A DNA stretch of 64,000 nucleotides from Thermoanaerobaculia bacterium. Lineage in GTDB: Bacteria; Acidobacteriota; Thermoanaerobaculia; Multivoradales; Multivoraceae. The number at the start of each line of letters is the position of its first letter. The stretch's first letter is position 1. A program made the translations under genes and the position numbers. Positions 37,288-47,460 of the stretch are shown here, one piece after another. The DNA lies in contig OZ241363.1 in assembly GCA_965200575.1 (NCBI GenBank), forward strand, positions 1,320,212 through 1,384,211, read 5' to 3'. The notes under the pieces are model-generated. The model was given only the letters and a program-made list of their open reading frames with translations. It was not told the origin of the DNA and did no database searches.

Positions 37288-38525
37288 TGCGGTGTCTCCT
37301 GGCGGCTGGTTTCGGGGAGGCGGGGCTCGGCCCCGAGCACTCCGTCGGCGCGCAGCTGGTCGATTCTGGATTGCGGAAGATCGAGTTCGTCGGCGAGAAC
37401 GCTGTCGGTGTGGCGGCCGAGGAGCGGCGCGGCCCGAATCGGCACGTGGCTGTCGCTCAGGCGCATCGGGGCGCCGAGCATCGGGACCGGTCCGTGACTC
37501 TCGTGATCCACGGTCTGCACGAAGCCGCGCTCCTGAAGGTGCGGATCCTGGAACAGGTCGACGGTGTCGAGCACCGCGCTCGCCGGCACGCCGGCCTCGC
37601 CGAGGAGCTTCATCGCCTCGTGCTTGGTGTGCTGCGCGGCCCATTCGGCGATCAGCCTGGTCAGCTCCCTGTCGTTCTCGCTTCTCTGCTTCGCGCTTGC
37701 GAAGCGCGGGTCGTCCACGAGTTCACGGCGGCCGATGGCGCGGCACACGCCCTCCCACATCCGATTCGTGATCGCCAGCATGTAGACGTGGTCGTTCGGG
37801 CCGAAGGGCTTGCAGGCGTACAGTCCCATCATTGCGCCGCGGCCCGTGCCGCTTCTGGGCACCGCCTTCGTGCCGAACTCGCCGCCGATGGAGACTGCAG
37901 TGCGCATGAACCAGGTGACGCCCTCCTGCATGGATATCTCGACCAGCTGACCGGTTCCGGTGCGGATCTTCTGGGCCCACGCGGCGCACAGGGCCAGGGC
38001 CATCTGCAGGCCGGTGCCGCAGTCGCCGATGGTCGTGGCCGGCCGCAGCGGCGGGCCGTCCGGCTCACCGGTGATGGACATCGCGCCGCCGGCCGCCTGG
38101 GCGACGGGATCGAAGCACTTGTAGGCGCTGTAGGGGCCGCTGTCGCCGAATCCCTTGATCCTCCCGTAGATCACCTCCGGGTGGACCTTGCGCACGGCGT
38201 CGTAGTCAAGGTCGAGCTTCTCGACCACGCCGGGGCCGAAGTTCTCGACCATGATGTCGAAGCGGGGCAGGAGGCGGAGCAGCAGGTCGTGCCCTTCGGG
38301 CGTTCCCAGGTTGATCGTGACGCTGCGCTTGTTGCTGTTCCAGTTCAGGAAGTACTCGGAGTCCTGGCGTTCGCCGGGCCGGCCGATCCCGCGCCCCGGG
38401 TCGCCGGCCCCCGGTCGTTCGACCTTGACCACGTCGGCGCCCAGCCAGGCCAGCGCCTGCGTGCATGAGGTGCCGGCTTCGTACTGGGTCAGGTCAAGTA
38501 TGCGCAGACCGTCGAGCGCTGCCAT
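37284..38525 (-). CDS. frc: Formyl-CoA:oxalate CoA-transferase (family III CoA-transferase)
   Basis: It is 413 aa (E. coli Frc is 416 aa). Conserved blocks match Frc from memory (RILDLTQYEAGTSCTQALAWLGADV.K.ERPG.GD; NSNKRS; VENF.PG; GDCGTGLQMALALCAAW; APLLG.HT). The gene is translationally coupled to oxc. Confidence 0.8.
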   Translation of the reverse strand: MAALDGLRILDLTQYEAGTSCTQALAWLGADVVKVERPGAGDPGRGIGRPGERQDSEYFLNWNSNKRSVTINLGTPEGHDLLLRLLPRFDIMVENFGPGVVEKLDLDYDAVRKVHPEVIYGRIKGFGDSGPYSAYKCFDPVAQAAGGAMSITGEPDGPPLRPATTIGDCGTGLQMALALCAAWAQKIRTGTGQLVEISMQEGVTWFMRTAVSIGGEFGTKAVPRSGTGRGAMMGLYACKPFGPNDHVYMLAITNRMWEGVCRAIGRRELVDDPRFASAKQRSENDRELTRLIAEWAAQHTKHEAMKLLGEAGVPASAVLDTVDLFQDPHLQERGFVQTVDHESHGPVPMLGAPMRLSDSHVPIRAAPLLGRHTDSVLADELDLPQSRIDQLRADGVLGAEPRLPETSRQETPQ

Positions 38526-38658
38526 GGTCGTCTCCTCGCCACAGGGTTCGAGCGCGCAACGATAACCCGGTTTGCCGGCCGTCGTCAGGTGTGGGACAGG
38601 CAGGGGCGACGGGCGGCGGCGATAGGCTGTGCCGAACCAGTCGAAGGAGGATTGTCGG

Positions 38659-40701
38659 ATGCGAGGGTCGAAGCGAGCCTGGGCGAGTTGCGTGGCGTCC
38701 GCGGGAGCGGCCGCGCTCCTGGCTCTCCCACTTTCCGCCCGGCAGGAGGGCGAGACGGTCGAGTGGCCCGCGTTCGGCAACGGACCGGACAACACGAAGT
38801 ACTCGGCGCTCGGTCAGATTGACGCCTCGAACTTCGGCGAACTGCGGGTCGCCTGGGAGTGGGAGTCGCCCTCCGTGGAGGTCGCGGATGCGAATCCTCA
38901 GGTCCGGCCCGGGCAGTTCAAGGCGGTGCCGATCATGCTGGACGGGGTGGTCTACGTGTCGACGGCCGTGTCGCAGGCCGCGGCCATCGACGCGGCTACC
39001 GGCGAGACACTGTGGACGCACGATCCGGAGTCGTGGAAGGCGGGCCGTCCCGCGAACATCGGCTTCCAGCATCGCGGCGTCGCGGCCTGGCGCGGGCCGG
39101 TCGAGCGCGGGGGCCGCAGCCGCGACGAGACCCGCATCTTCCTCGCCACGCACGATCGTCGGCTGATCGCGCTGGACGCCCTGACCGGGGAGCCGGTCGG
39201 CGACTTCGGCGAGGGCGGCGAGGTCGACCTTCTGGCCGGTCGCGGCGAGGCCGACTTCGGCCGGCGCGTGAACCCGCGTGCCATCACGCACAGCTCGCCG
39301 CCGGCGATCGTGGGCGACACGGTCGTGGTCGGCTCGATCGTTTCGGACGGCCCCCTCCGCAGGACGGCGCCGCCGGGCCACGTGCGGGGCTACGACGCCC
39401 GCACCGGCGAGCGCAAGTGGATCTTTCACACCATTCCGCAGGGCGACGAGTACGGGGCCGACACCTGGGAGGACGGCGCCTGGGAGTACTCCGGCAACAC
39501 CAACGTCTGGAACATGATGACGGTCGACCAGGAGCTCGGCTACGTCTACCTGCCGGTGTCGACGCCGACCAACGACTTCTACGGCGGCCATCGCCTGGGC
39601 GACAACCTGTTCGCGGAGAGCATCGTCTGCCTGGACGGCGACACGGGGGAGCGGGTCTGGCACTTCCAGGCGGTCAGGCACGGCCTCTGGGACTACGACT
39701 TCCCAACCCCGCCGCAGCTGGTCGACATCACGGTGGAGGGTCGGCGGATCCGCGCCCTGGCGCAGGTCTCCAAGCAGGCGTTCACCTACGTCTTCGACCG
39801 GGTCACGGGCAAGGAGGTGTGGCCGATCGACCATCTGCCGGTGCCCGAATCCGACGTGCCGGGCGAGCGGGCGGCGGCTACTCAGCCGTTCCCGACCAGG
39901 CCGCCGCCGTTTGACCGGCAGGGGGTCAGCGAGGACGACCTGATCGACCTGACGCCCGAGCTGTTCGCCGAGGCGAAGGAGATCGCGTCCGGGTTCCGCA
40001 TGGGGCCGCTGTTCACTCCCCCGAGCCTCGCGCCCGGCACGCTCATGCTGCCGAGCGCCGGCGGCGGAGCGAACTGGCCGGGCGCCGCCGTCGACCCGGA
40101 GACGGGCGTGCTCTACGTGCCGTCGACGACCTCCATCAGCGTCCATCCGCTGAGTCGCCCGGACCCGGCGCGCTCCAACCTGGCCTTCGTCGGGTCCTTC
40201 TTCGCCCCCGCCGGAGGCCCTCGCGGGCTGCCCCTCGTCAAGCCGCCCTGGGGCCGGGTCACCGCCATCGACCTGAACGCGGGGGAGCACCTCTGGATGA
40301 CCCCGAATGGCCACGGTCCGCAGGATCACCCGGCGCTCGCCGGTCTTGACCTGCCGCTGCTCGGCGGCGGCTCGGGCGCGCCGCTGTTGACCCGCACGCT
40401 CCTGTTTGTCACCCAGCGCCGCGGGCAGGGCCCGAACAACACGTCGCGCATCAACGTGTTCGACAAGGCGACGGGCGAACTCCTCGGCCACGTGCCGCTG
40501 CCGGACACCGCCCACGCGAACCCGATCACCTACATGGTCGACGGCCGGCAGTACATCGTCGTGGCGCTCGGCGGCGGCCCGTTCTTCGCCAGCATCGCCG
40601 ATCTGCTCGAGGAGACGGGCACGGAGGTTTCCGAAGGGCAGGCTGCCGCGCTTGCGAGGCGAGGGACGACGCCGCGGCTCGTGGCCCTGGCGCTGCCGTG
40701 A
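38659..40701 (+). CDS. PQQ-dependent dehydrogenase, soluble glucose/polyol-DH-like 8-bladed propeller (signal peptide, no cytochrome domain)
   Basis: The start MRGSKRAWASCVASAGAAALLALPLSA has AAGGAGG 8 nt upstream. Quinoprotein W-motifs recur (…AIDAATGETLWTHD…, …DGDTGERVWHFQ…). It is the intact paralog of the 31891-32897 pseudogene. Confidence 0.8.
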   Translation: MRGSKRAWASCVASAGAAALLALPLSARQEGETVEWPAFGNGPDNTKYSALGQIDASNFGELRVAWEWESPSVEVADANPQVRPGQFKAVPIMLDGVVYVSTAVSQAAAIDAATGETLWTHDPESWKAGRPANIGFQHRGVAAWRGPVERGGRSRDETRIFLATHDRRLIALDALTGEPVGDFGEGGEVDLLAGRGEADFGRRVNPRAITHSSPPAIVGDTVVVGSIVSDGPLRRTAPPGHVRGYDARTGERKWIFHTIPQGDEYGADTWEDGAWEYSGNTNVWNMMTVDQELGYVYLPVSTPTNDFYGGHRLGDNLFAESIVCLDGDTGERVWHFQAVRHGLWDYDFPTPPQLVDITVEGRRIRALAQVSKQAFTYVFDRVTGKEVWPIDHLPVPESDVPGERAAATQPFPTRPPPFDRQGVSEDDLIDLTPELFAEAKEIASGFRMGPLFTPPSLAPGTLMLPSAGGGANWPGAAVDPETGVLYVPSTTSISVHPLSRPDPARSNLAFVGSFFAPAGGPRGLPLVKPPWGRVTAIDLNAGEHLWMTPNGHGPQDHPALAGLDLPLLGGGSGAPLLTRTLLFVTQRRGQGPNNTSRINVFDKATGELLGHVPLPDTAHANPITYMVDGRQYIVVALGGGPFFASIADLLEETGTEVSEGQAAALARRGTTPRLVALALP

Positions 40702-41723
40702 TCGACGCGGACGTCCACATCCCGAATCCGCGGCTCCGCGAGCTGCTGCCGTTCCTGTCCGGGCACTGGCGGGAGCACTTCGGCAACACGCTGGACAAGG
40801 GGGCGTCGCAGCAGTACTACCCGCCGCGTTCGCCGGTCAGCGGCAGGAGCGGTGGCCTGGAGGAGCTGCGCGAGGCGGTGTTCGACCGCGGTGGGGCGGA
40901 GCTGGCGCTGGCGAGCTGCCTGTACGCCGTGGACAGCATCCACAACCCGGACGTCGCCATCGCGCTCGCCTCCGCGACCAACGACTGGCAGGCCGCCGAG
41001 TGGCTGGCGCGCGAACCGAGGCTGCGCGGCTCGGTCGTCCTGCCGATCCAGCTGCCCGTGGCGGCTGCCGAGGAGGTCGAGTGTCGGGCGGATGAGCCCG
41101 GCTTCGTTCAGGCGCTGATCCCCGTGCGCACCGAGCATCCGCTTGGCAGCCGCCACTACCACGAGATGTGGAAGGCCATCGAGCGGAGCGGGCTGGTCGC
41201 GGCGGTGCATTTCGGCGGCGCGCCGGTCATGCCGCCGACGCCCACCGGCTGGCCGTCGTTCTTCCTGGAGGAGTACACGGCGATGGCGCAGGTCTTCGCC
41301 ACGCAGCTGACGAGCCTGATCGTCGAGGGCGTCTTCGACCTCTGCCCTCGACTGCGGGTCGTGTTTCTGGAGTCCGGCTTCACCTGGATTCCCGCCCACC
41401 TGTGGCGGATGGACAAGGAGTGGCGCAATCTGAGACGCCTCGTGCCATGGGTGCGTCGACCGCCGTCCGACTACTTCCGGGAGCACGTACGGGTGAGCAT
41501 CCAGCCGCTCGACGCCCCGCCGAGCCCGGAGCAGCTGCTTCAGGTCGTTGACCAGCTCGGCTCGGATAACGTGCTGATGTACGCCTCGGATTACCCGCAC
41601 GTGCACGCCTGCGACGCCGGGGAGCGGCTGCTGCCGCTGCTGCCCGAGGCGCTTCGGCGCATGGTCGAGCACGAGAATGCCAGCCACGTCTTTCGACTGC
41701 CGGAGGGGAGCCAAGCCTCATGA
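40698..41723 (+). CDS. Amidohydrolase-2 family protein (ACMSD/LigW/LigJ-like TIM-barrel metal-dependent hydrolase or decarboxylase)
   Basis: The start is GTG overlapping the upstream stop (GTGA). N-terminal IDADVH…, the C-terminal D.PH motif (ASDYPHVH) and conserved His/Asp positions typical of PF04909 are present. Confidence 0.7.
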   Translation: MIDADVHIPNPRLRELLPFLSGHWREHFGNTLDKGASQQYYPPRSPVSGRSGGLEELREAVFDRGGAELALASCLYAVDSIHNPDVAIALASATNDWQAAEWLAREPRLRGSVVLPIQLPVAAAEEVECRADEPGFVQALIPVRTEHPLGSRHYHEMWKAIERSGLVAAVHFGGAPVMPPTPTGWPSFFLEEYTAMAQVFATQLTSLIVEGVFDLCPRLRVVFLESGFTWIPAHLWRMDKEWRNLRRLVPWVRRPPSDYFREHVRVSIQPLDAPPSPEQLLQVVDQLGSDNVLMYASDYPHVHACDAGERLLPLLPEALRRMVEHENASHVFRLPEGSQAS

Positions 41724-42832
41724 CCATCTCGCCGCTGGGACACGAAGCTCCGCTGTCGCCTCCACCGCTCCCGTCGCTCGACTCCGAGCGGCCGCCGATC
41801 GTCGACTGCGACTTCCACAACGAGATCGACTCGGTGAAGGACCTCTATCCGTACATGAGCCGGAGGTGGAGCAAGCACATCGAGACGTTCGGCCTGCGCC
41901 ACCCGAACAGCGGCTACTACCCGCGCTTCATGGACAATCGGGAGGAGGCGAGGCCGCCGTCGGGTCGCCGGGCGGGCTCCGAGGTGGGCTTCGCGCGCGA
42001 GGACTACCTCGAGCCGTTCCATGTCCTGTACGCCGTGATGAATCCGCTGACGCCGGTGTCGTCGACGCTTGATCTCGACCTCGGCGCCGCCATGGCCACG
42101 GCGGTGAACGACTGGCAGATCGCCGAGTGGCTGGACCCGGAGCCCAGGATGCGGGCGTCGGTCGTCATCACGCCGCAGGACCCGGTGGCCGCGGCCGCCG
42201 AGATCAGGCGCTGCGGCAGCGATGGGCGGTTCGTCCAGGCCCTGTTCCTGGGCCGGATGCAGGAGCCCATGGGGCGCCGCCGCTACTGGCCGATCTACGA
42301 GGCCTGCGTCGAGACGGGCCTGCAAGTGGCGTCGCATGCGTTCAGCGCCTACGGCCACCCGATCACCGGCGCCGGCCACCCATCGTACTACATCGAGGAT
42401 CACACCAGCCCGCCCCAGGCGGTGCAGGCCAACATCACCAGCATGGTCGTGGAAGGTGTGTTCGACAGGTTCCCGAGCCTTCGCCTGATCTCGGTCGAGA
42501 ACGGCTTCGCCTGGCTTCCGGCGCTGATGTGGCGCGTGGACGCCGCCTGGGCATTGCTGCGCGACGAGGTCGCGAGCCGCGACCGGCTGCCGTCCGAGGT
42601 CATCGCCGAGCACGTCTACGTCACCACCCAGCCGATCGAGGAGCCGCCCCGGCGGCAGGATTTCCTGGCCCTGCTCGATCACTTCGGCGAGCTGCGCAGC
42701 CACATCCTGATGGCCAGCGACTATCCGCACTGGGACGGCGACAACCCGGACGTCGTGCTTCCCGCCGGCCTGGACGAGGCTCTGGTGCGCGGGATTCGGC
42801 GCGACAACGCCATCGATCTGTACGGGCTCTGA
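41720..42832 (+). CDS. Amidohydrolase-2 family protein, paralog of the preceding gene
   Basis: VDCDFHNE… and ASDYPHWD are present. The start overlaps the upstream stop by 4 nt (ATGA). About 35-40% of residues align with the preceding gene product. Confidence 0.7.
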   Translation: MTISPLGHEAPLSPPPLPSLDSERPPIVDCDFHNEIDSVKDLYPYMSRRWSKHIETFGLRHPNSGYYPRFMDNREEARPPSGRRAGSEVGFAREDYLEPFHVLYAVMNPLTPVSSTLDLDLGAAMATAVNDWQIAEWLDPEPRMRASVVITPQDPVAAAAEIRRCGSDGRFVQALFLGRMQEPMGRRRYWPIYEACVETGLQVASHAFSAYGHPITGAGHPSYYIEDHTSPPQAVQANITSMVVEGVFDRFPSLRLISVENGFAWLPALMWRVDAAWALLRDEVASRDRLPSEVIAEHVYVTTQPIEEPPRRQDFLALLDHFGELRSHILMASDYPHWDGDNPDVVLPAGLDEALVRGIRRDNAIDLYGL

Positions 42833-42999
42833 GGGCGGTTCGCAACGTGGCGCCGATCAACACTCGCGGGGCGCCCCGGAGGTGACGGGTCAGGTCGGGC
42901 CAGCCAGTGGTCGCAAGTGCGTCGTTTGCCGGGCGGCCGGGCCTGCGGGTCTCGTGAGACGAAGCCAGAGCGGGCCGGGCAGAGCGTGAAGGACGACAG

Positions 43000-43635
43000 G
43001 TGAAGTACGTCGTCGCCGAGGCGTCCGAGATCGAACCCGGCGAACGTCGGATGGTGACCGTCGCGGGTCGTTCCATCGGCGTGTTCAACGTCGGAGGCGA
43101 GTTCTTCGCGCTGCGGAACCGCTGCCCGCATCAGGGTGGCCGGCTGTGCGAAGGCGTCCTGTGGGGCGTGCTGCGTTCGGATCGTCCCGGCGACTTCGAC
43201 CATTCGCCGAGCCGGGAGATCCTCGCCTGCCCGTGGCACGGCTGGGAGTTTTCCGTCCGCACCGGCGAGTCCTGGTGCGCCCCGGAACGGCTGCGGGTGC
43301 GACGCTACGACGTGGAGACCGTGGCCGGCGAGGAGATCGCTGCTTCCGATGGATCGGACGGCGAAGCTGCCGGGTCGATCACGGCGTCGGATGGAGGGGC
43401 CGCTGCGGCCAGCACGGCCGAGGCGAACGCGGCGTCGGACAACGCGTCTCGGGATGAACGGGGCGGCGAAGCCCTCGTGGTGAGCGACGCGGCGGCTCTC
43501 GGCGACCCCGACGCCCCGGCCCCGGGTCTGGTGCGCGGCCCGTACGTTGCCGAGACCTACCCGGTAAGCCGCGACGGCGAGTACCTGGTGGTCGAGATTC
43601 CGTCTGCGCCGAAGCAGGGCAGCGGGGGTGGTTGA
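43000..43635 (+). CDS. Rieske [2Fe-2S] domain protein with low-complexity acidic C-terminal tail
   Basis: It carries the CPHQGGRL…17 aa…CPWHGWEF Rieske box pair; the C-terminal ~90 aa are Ala/Ser/Asp/Gly-rich. Confidence 0.75.
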   Translation: MKYVVAEASEIEPGERRMVTVAGRSIGVFNVGGEFFALRNRCPHQGGRLCEGVLWGVLRSDRPGDFDHSPSREILACPWHGWEFSVRTGESWCAPERLRVRRYDVETVAGEEIAASDGSDGEAAGSITASDGGAAAASTAEANAASDNASRDERGGEALVVSDAAALGDPDAPAPGLVRGPYVAETYPVSRDGEYLVVEIPSAPKQGSGGG

Positions 43636-43848
43636 GCGGGCTGGCCTGCTGCAGCGGAGGAGCGCTGGAGGGCCGGTTCGGGATGTGCGAACGACTGCCC
43701 GCCGTACAGGTCTGGTCCCACGGGCGCCCGGCGCCGATCACCACGGGGCGTCGACTTGTTCCGACGGGTCGGCGACGGCCGGTTCCTGGTCACCGAAGCT
43801 GGTGTGGCAGGGGCGCCAGGCCAGGCGCCGCCGAGCGGGCGGGCGCCG

Positions 43849-45519
43849 CTACATCGACGGACGCAGGTCGTAGGCGACGGCTTCCCGGTCGTTGCGGACC
43901 AGCAGGATTCCCTCGGCGATGGCCGGGTTGTTCCAGGTGCGGCCCGACACGGCGGGCAGGGCGGCGACTTCCTGATGGCTCTCGGGGGTGGCCCGCACCA
44001 GGACGAGATTCCCGCGTTCGGTAGTGATCAGAAGGTGGCCGGAGGCCAGGAGCAGTTGCCCGTGGCCGTAGCGCCCGCCCTTCCACATCCTCTCGCCGGT
44101 GGCTGCTGCGATGCAGGCGAGGATGCCGTTGTCGAGGCCGTAGACGTGACCGTCGTGGAGCACAGATGTGGAGAACGTGTTCTTCATCCGGTTGTTGAAC
44201 CAGATCTCGGTGGCGGCTGCGGTTCCCGCCTCGGTGTCGGCTTCGATCTCGATGACCGCGGCGCCCTGGCCGTAGCCCGATGACACGAAGAGCCGGTTCG
44301 CCGCGACCTGAAGCGGCTGGGCGGCGTTGATGCCGTTCTGCGTGGTCCAGGGGTGGGTCCAGAGCGTCCGGCTGCCGTCGATGGTCAAACCGACGACCCG
44401 GTCGGCGCCGATGACCACGATCTGCTCCAGGTCGTCCAGGTTGAAGATCGCGGGTGCGGTGTACGAGCCGACGGAGTCGAGCGCTTTCCAGCGGACGGCG
44501 CCGGTGTCGAGCTCGTAGGCGATGACCGCGCCGTCCGGCCCGCCCGGGGCGGTGAGGACCGCGCCGCCCGCGATGGCCGGCGAGGCGGCCATGCCCCAGA
44601 CCAGGTTCGCGGCCCCGGAGTCCTCGAGAATGTTCGCGCGCCAGTGCTCGACGCCGCTCTGTGTGTCGAACGCTCGCAGTTCGCCGGTGGCGCCCAGCGC
44701 GACCAGGGTTCCGTCAAGAAACGCCGGGGTCGCGCGCGGCCCGTCGCCGCCCATGCTCTCCTCGAAGCGCGCGTCCCAGCTGGCGTTCCAGCGTTCGACT
44801 CCGGTCAGCAGGTCGTATGCGGCGACGACCTCCTGTTCCCGACGCTGCTCGATGGTGAAGGCGAGGCCGTCGCCCACGACGAAGGAGGCGTAGCCGCCGC
44901 CCACGGGGATGCGCCAGAGCTCCGGCGGCCCGGCGTCCGGCCAGGACGTGTTGACGGGCAGGGGATAGCGACCGTCCATCTTGACCCCGCGGTAGAAGGG
45001 CCAGGAGCCGGGCGCTGCTGCGTGGGCTGCCGCCGTTGCCGCTGCATGGTCGGCTGCGGTCGCTGCGTCCGCCATATCCGTTGGCTCGCCTTCGGCCGCG
45101 GAATCCGCGAGTTCCAGCGATTCGGCGCCGCCCGCGGCGTCCGCCGCGACATCTGGCGGCCTGGAGCTGTCCGGTGCGTCTGCTGTCGTGGCTGACGGGC
45201 CACCCGTGCTCGGTTCGCGCGCGGCCGCAGCGGTCGCCGATGCAGCGGTGTCCGGGTCGGAGTCGCCGGTCCGCCGCGCCGGCGAAACGTTCACGGCCTC
45301 GCCCGGTGCGGCGCTCCGCTCGCGGTGAGCCTCGATCGCCCGGTAGTGCCGCTCCTCGTGGTGAAAGTCGATCTGCGGCATCAGCCCGCCGGAGATCTGC
45401 AAGTGCATGCCCGCGAACTGCTGCAGCGCGATCACCCCGACTGTGCCGACGGCCACCGCGATGCCGGTCCACATGGCGAAAGCGATCAGGCGGCTGCGTC
45501 TCTTCTTCGGTTTCGTCAT
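43849..45519 (-). CDS. PQQ-like beta-propeller repeat protein (BamB-like fold) with N-terminal membrane anchor and a low-complexity Ala/Asp-rich linker
   Basis: The start MTKPKKRRSRLIAFAMWTGIAVAVGTVGVIAL is a signal anchor. The C-terminal 380 aa contain repeated …G.V.A.D..TG...W… blades (LTGVERWNAS, QSGVEHWRAN, DTGAVRWKAL, ATGERMWKGG). Confidence 0.7.
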   Translation of the reverse strand: MTKPKKRRSRLIAFAMWTGIAVAVGTVGVIALQQFAGMHLQISGGLMPQIDFHHEERHYRAIEAHRERSAAPGEAVNVSPARRTGDSDPDTAASATAAAAREPSTGGPSATTADAPDSSRPPDVAADAAGGAESLELADSAAEGEPTDMADAATAADHAAATAAAHAAAPGSWPFYRGVKMDGRYPLPVNTSWPDAGPPELWRIPVGGGYASFVVGDGLAFTIEQRREQEVVAAYDLLTGVERWNASWDARFEESMGGDGPRATPAFLDGTLVALGATGELRAFDTQSGVEHWRANILEDSGAANLVWGMAASPAIAGGAVLTAPGGPDGAVIAYELDTGAVRWKALDSVGSYTAPAIFNLDDLEQIVVIGADRVVGLTIDGSRTLWTHPWTTQNGINAAQPLQVAANRLFVSSGYGQGAAVIEIEADTEAGTAAATEIWFNNRMKNTFSTSVLHDGHVYGLDNGILACIAAATGERMWKGGRYGHGQLLLASGHLLITTERGNLVLVRATPESHQEVAALPAVSGRTWNNPAIAEGILLVRNDREAVAYDLRPSM

Positions 45520-46101
45520 CAAGGCGGATTGTACCGGCAGGCCGACCAACCTCGACGAGCGCCACGGGCGGCTGCGGCGACCGCGCTGGCTGGCCGCCGC
45601 CAGGTCCGAAAGTCCTGTCGCCCCGGGTCGTGCTCCCGGGAGACGTGTGCTCCCCGGAGAAGACTGTGAGGCGCCATCGCGGCGTGCTGGCGAGTTCTGG
45701 CATCCCGTGGCGAGGTCCGGTGCCGCTTCTCCGGGCATGGCCACGATCGATCCACCCAGGTTGACGCCGGTGACGCAAGCCGGTCTGGAAGCGGAGGTCG
45801 CCACGCTGCGCGCCGACGCGGAGTGAAAGCACGGCGACACGCGCGCCAGGGTGGGGAGTTGCGCGGCGAGGTGCCCGCCATGCGCTGGACCGTCCAGCTC
45901 GTCGGCGCCGCCGTCGGCGCCTTGATGGTGCTGCCGAGACTCCTGCCGCCATCGCCCCGAGTGCGCGACCAAGGCCGTTTGAGCCCCCGTCGCCTCCGGT
46001 CAGGCCCTGGCGCGGGTCCCTTGCCGCAGCGGTCCGAGTGCCGTCCTGTCGTCCTCGGGGTCTTGATAGGCCCGCAGTCCGGGGTCGCTACACTGCGGCG
46101 G

Positions 46102-47460
46102 GTGAAGGCATCGATTCTTGCTGTCGGGGCCGAGCTGCTGGGGACGGACCGGCTTGACACGAACTCGCTGGCGCTGACGCGGACTCTGCGGCTGCGGGGC
46201 GTGGACCTGGTCTCGAAGGCGGTCGTGGGCGACGACGTTGTCGAGATTGCCGAGACGCTCGACGCTCTGCGGCAGCGGGCGGAGCTGCTGCTGGTGACTG
46301 GCGGCCTCGGGCCGACGCGTGACGACCTGACCCGCGAGGGCGTGGCCCGGCTTCTGGAGCGGTCGGTGGCGGTCGACGAGGCAGTTTGGGAACAGATCGA
46401 GCGCGGGTTCCGCAAGCTGGGCCGGCGCATCCCGCAGGTGAACCGCAAGCAGGCGGAGCGGGTCGACGGCGCCGAGACGCTGCCGAACCGAGCAGGCGTG
46501 GCGCCCGGGCTCAGGATCGTGGACGAGGCGCCGGCGCCGCGCGGCACGACGTACTTCCTGTTTCCGGGCGTGCCGCGAGAGCTGAACGCCCTGATCGAGG
46601 ACGCTCTCGATCCCTGGCTGGTGGAGCGCACCGAGGTCGATGCCGGGTTCGACCAGGTCGAGGTGCGGGTCGCCTGCCTGCCGGAGTCGGTGGTGGAGGA
46701 GAGGATCGCGTCCGTGTATGAGCGCTTCGGCGACGATGCCGTGTCGGTGCTTGCCCGGCCTGGCGAGATCCGACTGCGGCTGCGTGCCGACGGTCCGGCG
46801 GCCGAGCGTCCCGAGCGTCTGGCGCAGATGGACGCGGCGGTGCGCGACGCGCTGGGCGGGGCAGTGTTCTTCACCGGCCTGATCGAGGACGGCATCGAGT
46901 TCGAGGAGGCGGTCGGCGCCGGCCTGAGCGCCAGCGGCGCCACGGTGGCGGTCGCCGAGTCCTGCACCGGAGGCCAGCTGGGTCAGCGCCTCACGGGCGT
47001 CCCAGGCAGCAGCGGCTGGTTCGTGGGCGGCATCGTCGCCTACTCGAACCGGCTGAAGATGCGGCTGCTCGACGTGCCGCGGCGGACCCTGGCGGAGCAC
47101 GGCGCCGTGTCGCGGCAGACGGCCCTTGCGATGGCCTCGGGCGCGCGCACGGCCTGCGGTGCCGACTACGGGGTGGGCATCACCGGCGTGGCCGGTCCGG
47201 GTGGGGGCAGCGCGACGCGCCCGGTGGGCACCGTTCATCTGGCCGTCGCCGGACCCCACGGATGCCGCTCCCACTTCGAGGCTCGGTTCCCCGGCGACCG
47301 TGCCCGGGTGCGGCAGCTGTCGACCCAGTTCGCGCTGGAACTGCTGCGGCGCCAGCTGCCAGCGTCCGAGACCGCGTCCGAACCGCTGCCTTGGGCGGCG
47401 CCCGGCCGAGGTTCCGAGGCGCCCGCGGAGCCTGGGGAGACCGAGGAGAGCGCTTCGTGA
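46102..47460 (+). CDS. cinA: CinA family protein (N-terminal MoCF-like domain + C-terminal nicotinamide-nucleotide amidohydrolase PncC domain)
   Basis: The GTG start gives VKASILAVGAELLGTDRLDTNSL… (canonical CinA N-terminus). The C-terminal block …ATVAVAESCTGGQLGQRLT… matches the PncC domain. Confidence 0.8.
   Translation: MKASILAVGAELLGTDRLDTNSLALTRTLRLRGVDLVSKAVVGDDVVEIAETLDALRQRAELLLVTGGLGPTRDDLTREGVARLLERSVAVDEAVWEQIERGFRKLGRRIPQVNRKQAERVDGAETLPNRAGVAPGLRIVDEAPAPRGTTYFLFPGVPRELNALIEDALDPWLVERTEVDAGFDQVEVRVACLPESVVEERIASVYERFGDDAVSVLARPGEIRLRLRADGPAAERPERLAQMDAAVRDALGGAVFFTGLIEDGIEFEEAVGAGLSASGATVAVAESCTGGQLGQRLTGVPGSSGWFVGGIVAYSNRLKMRLLDVPRRTLAEHGAVSRQTALAMASGARTACGADYGVGITGVAGPGGGSATRPVGTVHLAVAGPHGCRSHFEARFPGDRARVRQLSTQFALELLRRQLPASETASEPLPWAAPGRGSEAPAEPGETEESAS

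Noticed and set aside
35638-37644. 668-aa version of the oxc ORF including a 119-aa N-terminal extension
   Set aside because: The extension is Arg/Pro-rich, overlaps frc out of frame and lacks homology. Met120 with an upstream AGGAGA and the 4-nt overlap with the frc stop is the credible start.
45540-45830. Possible small gene or regulatory repeat (GTGCTCCCGGGAGA … GTGCTCCCCGGAGA) between the PQQ-propeller gene and cinA; 139-aa ORF 45407..45826
   Set aside because: The ORF has no recognisable features and poor start context. The direct repeat is short. It is left unannotated.
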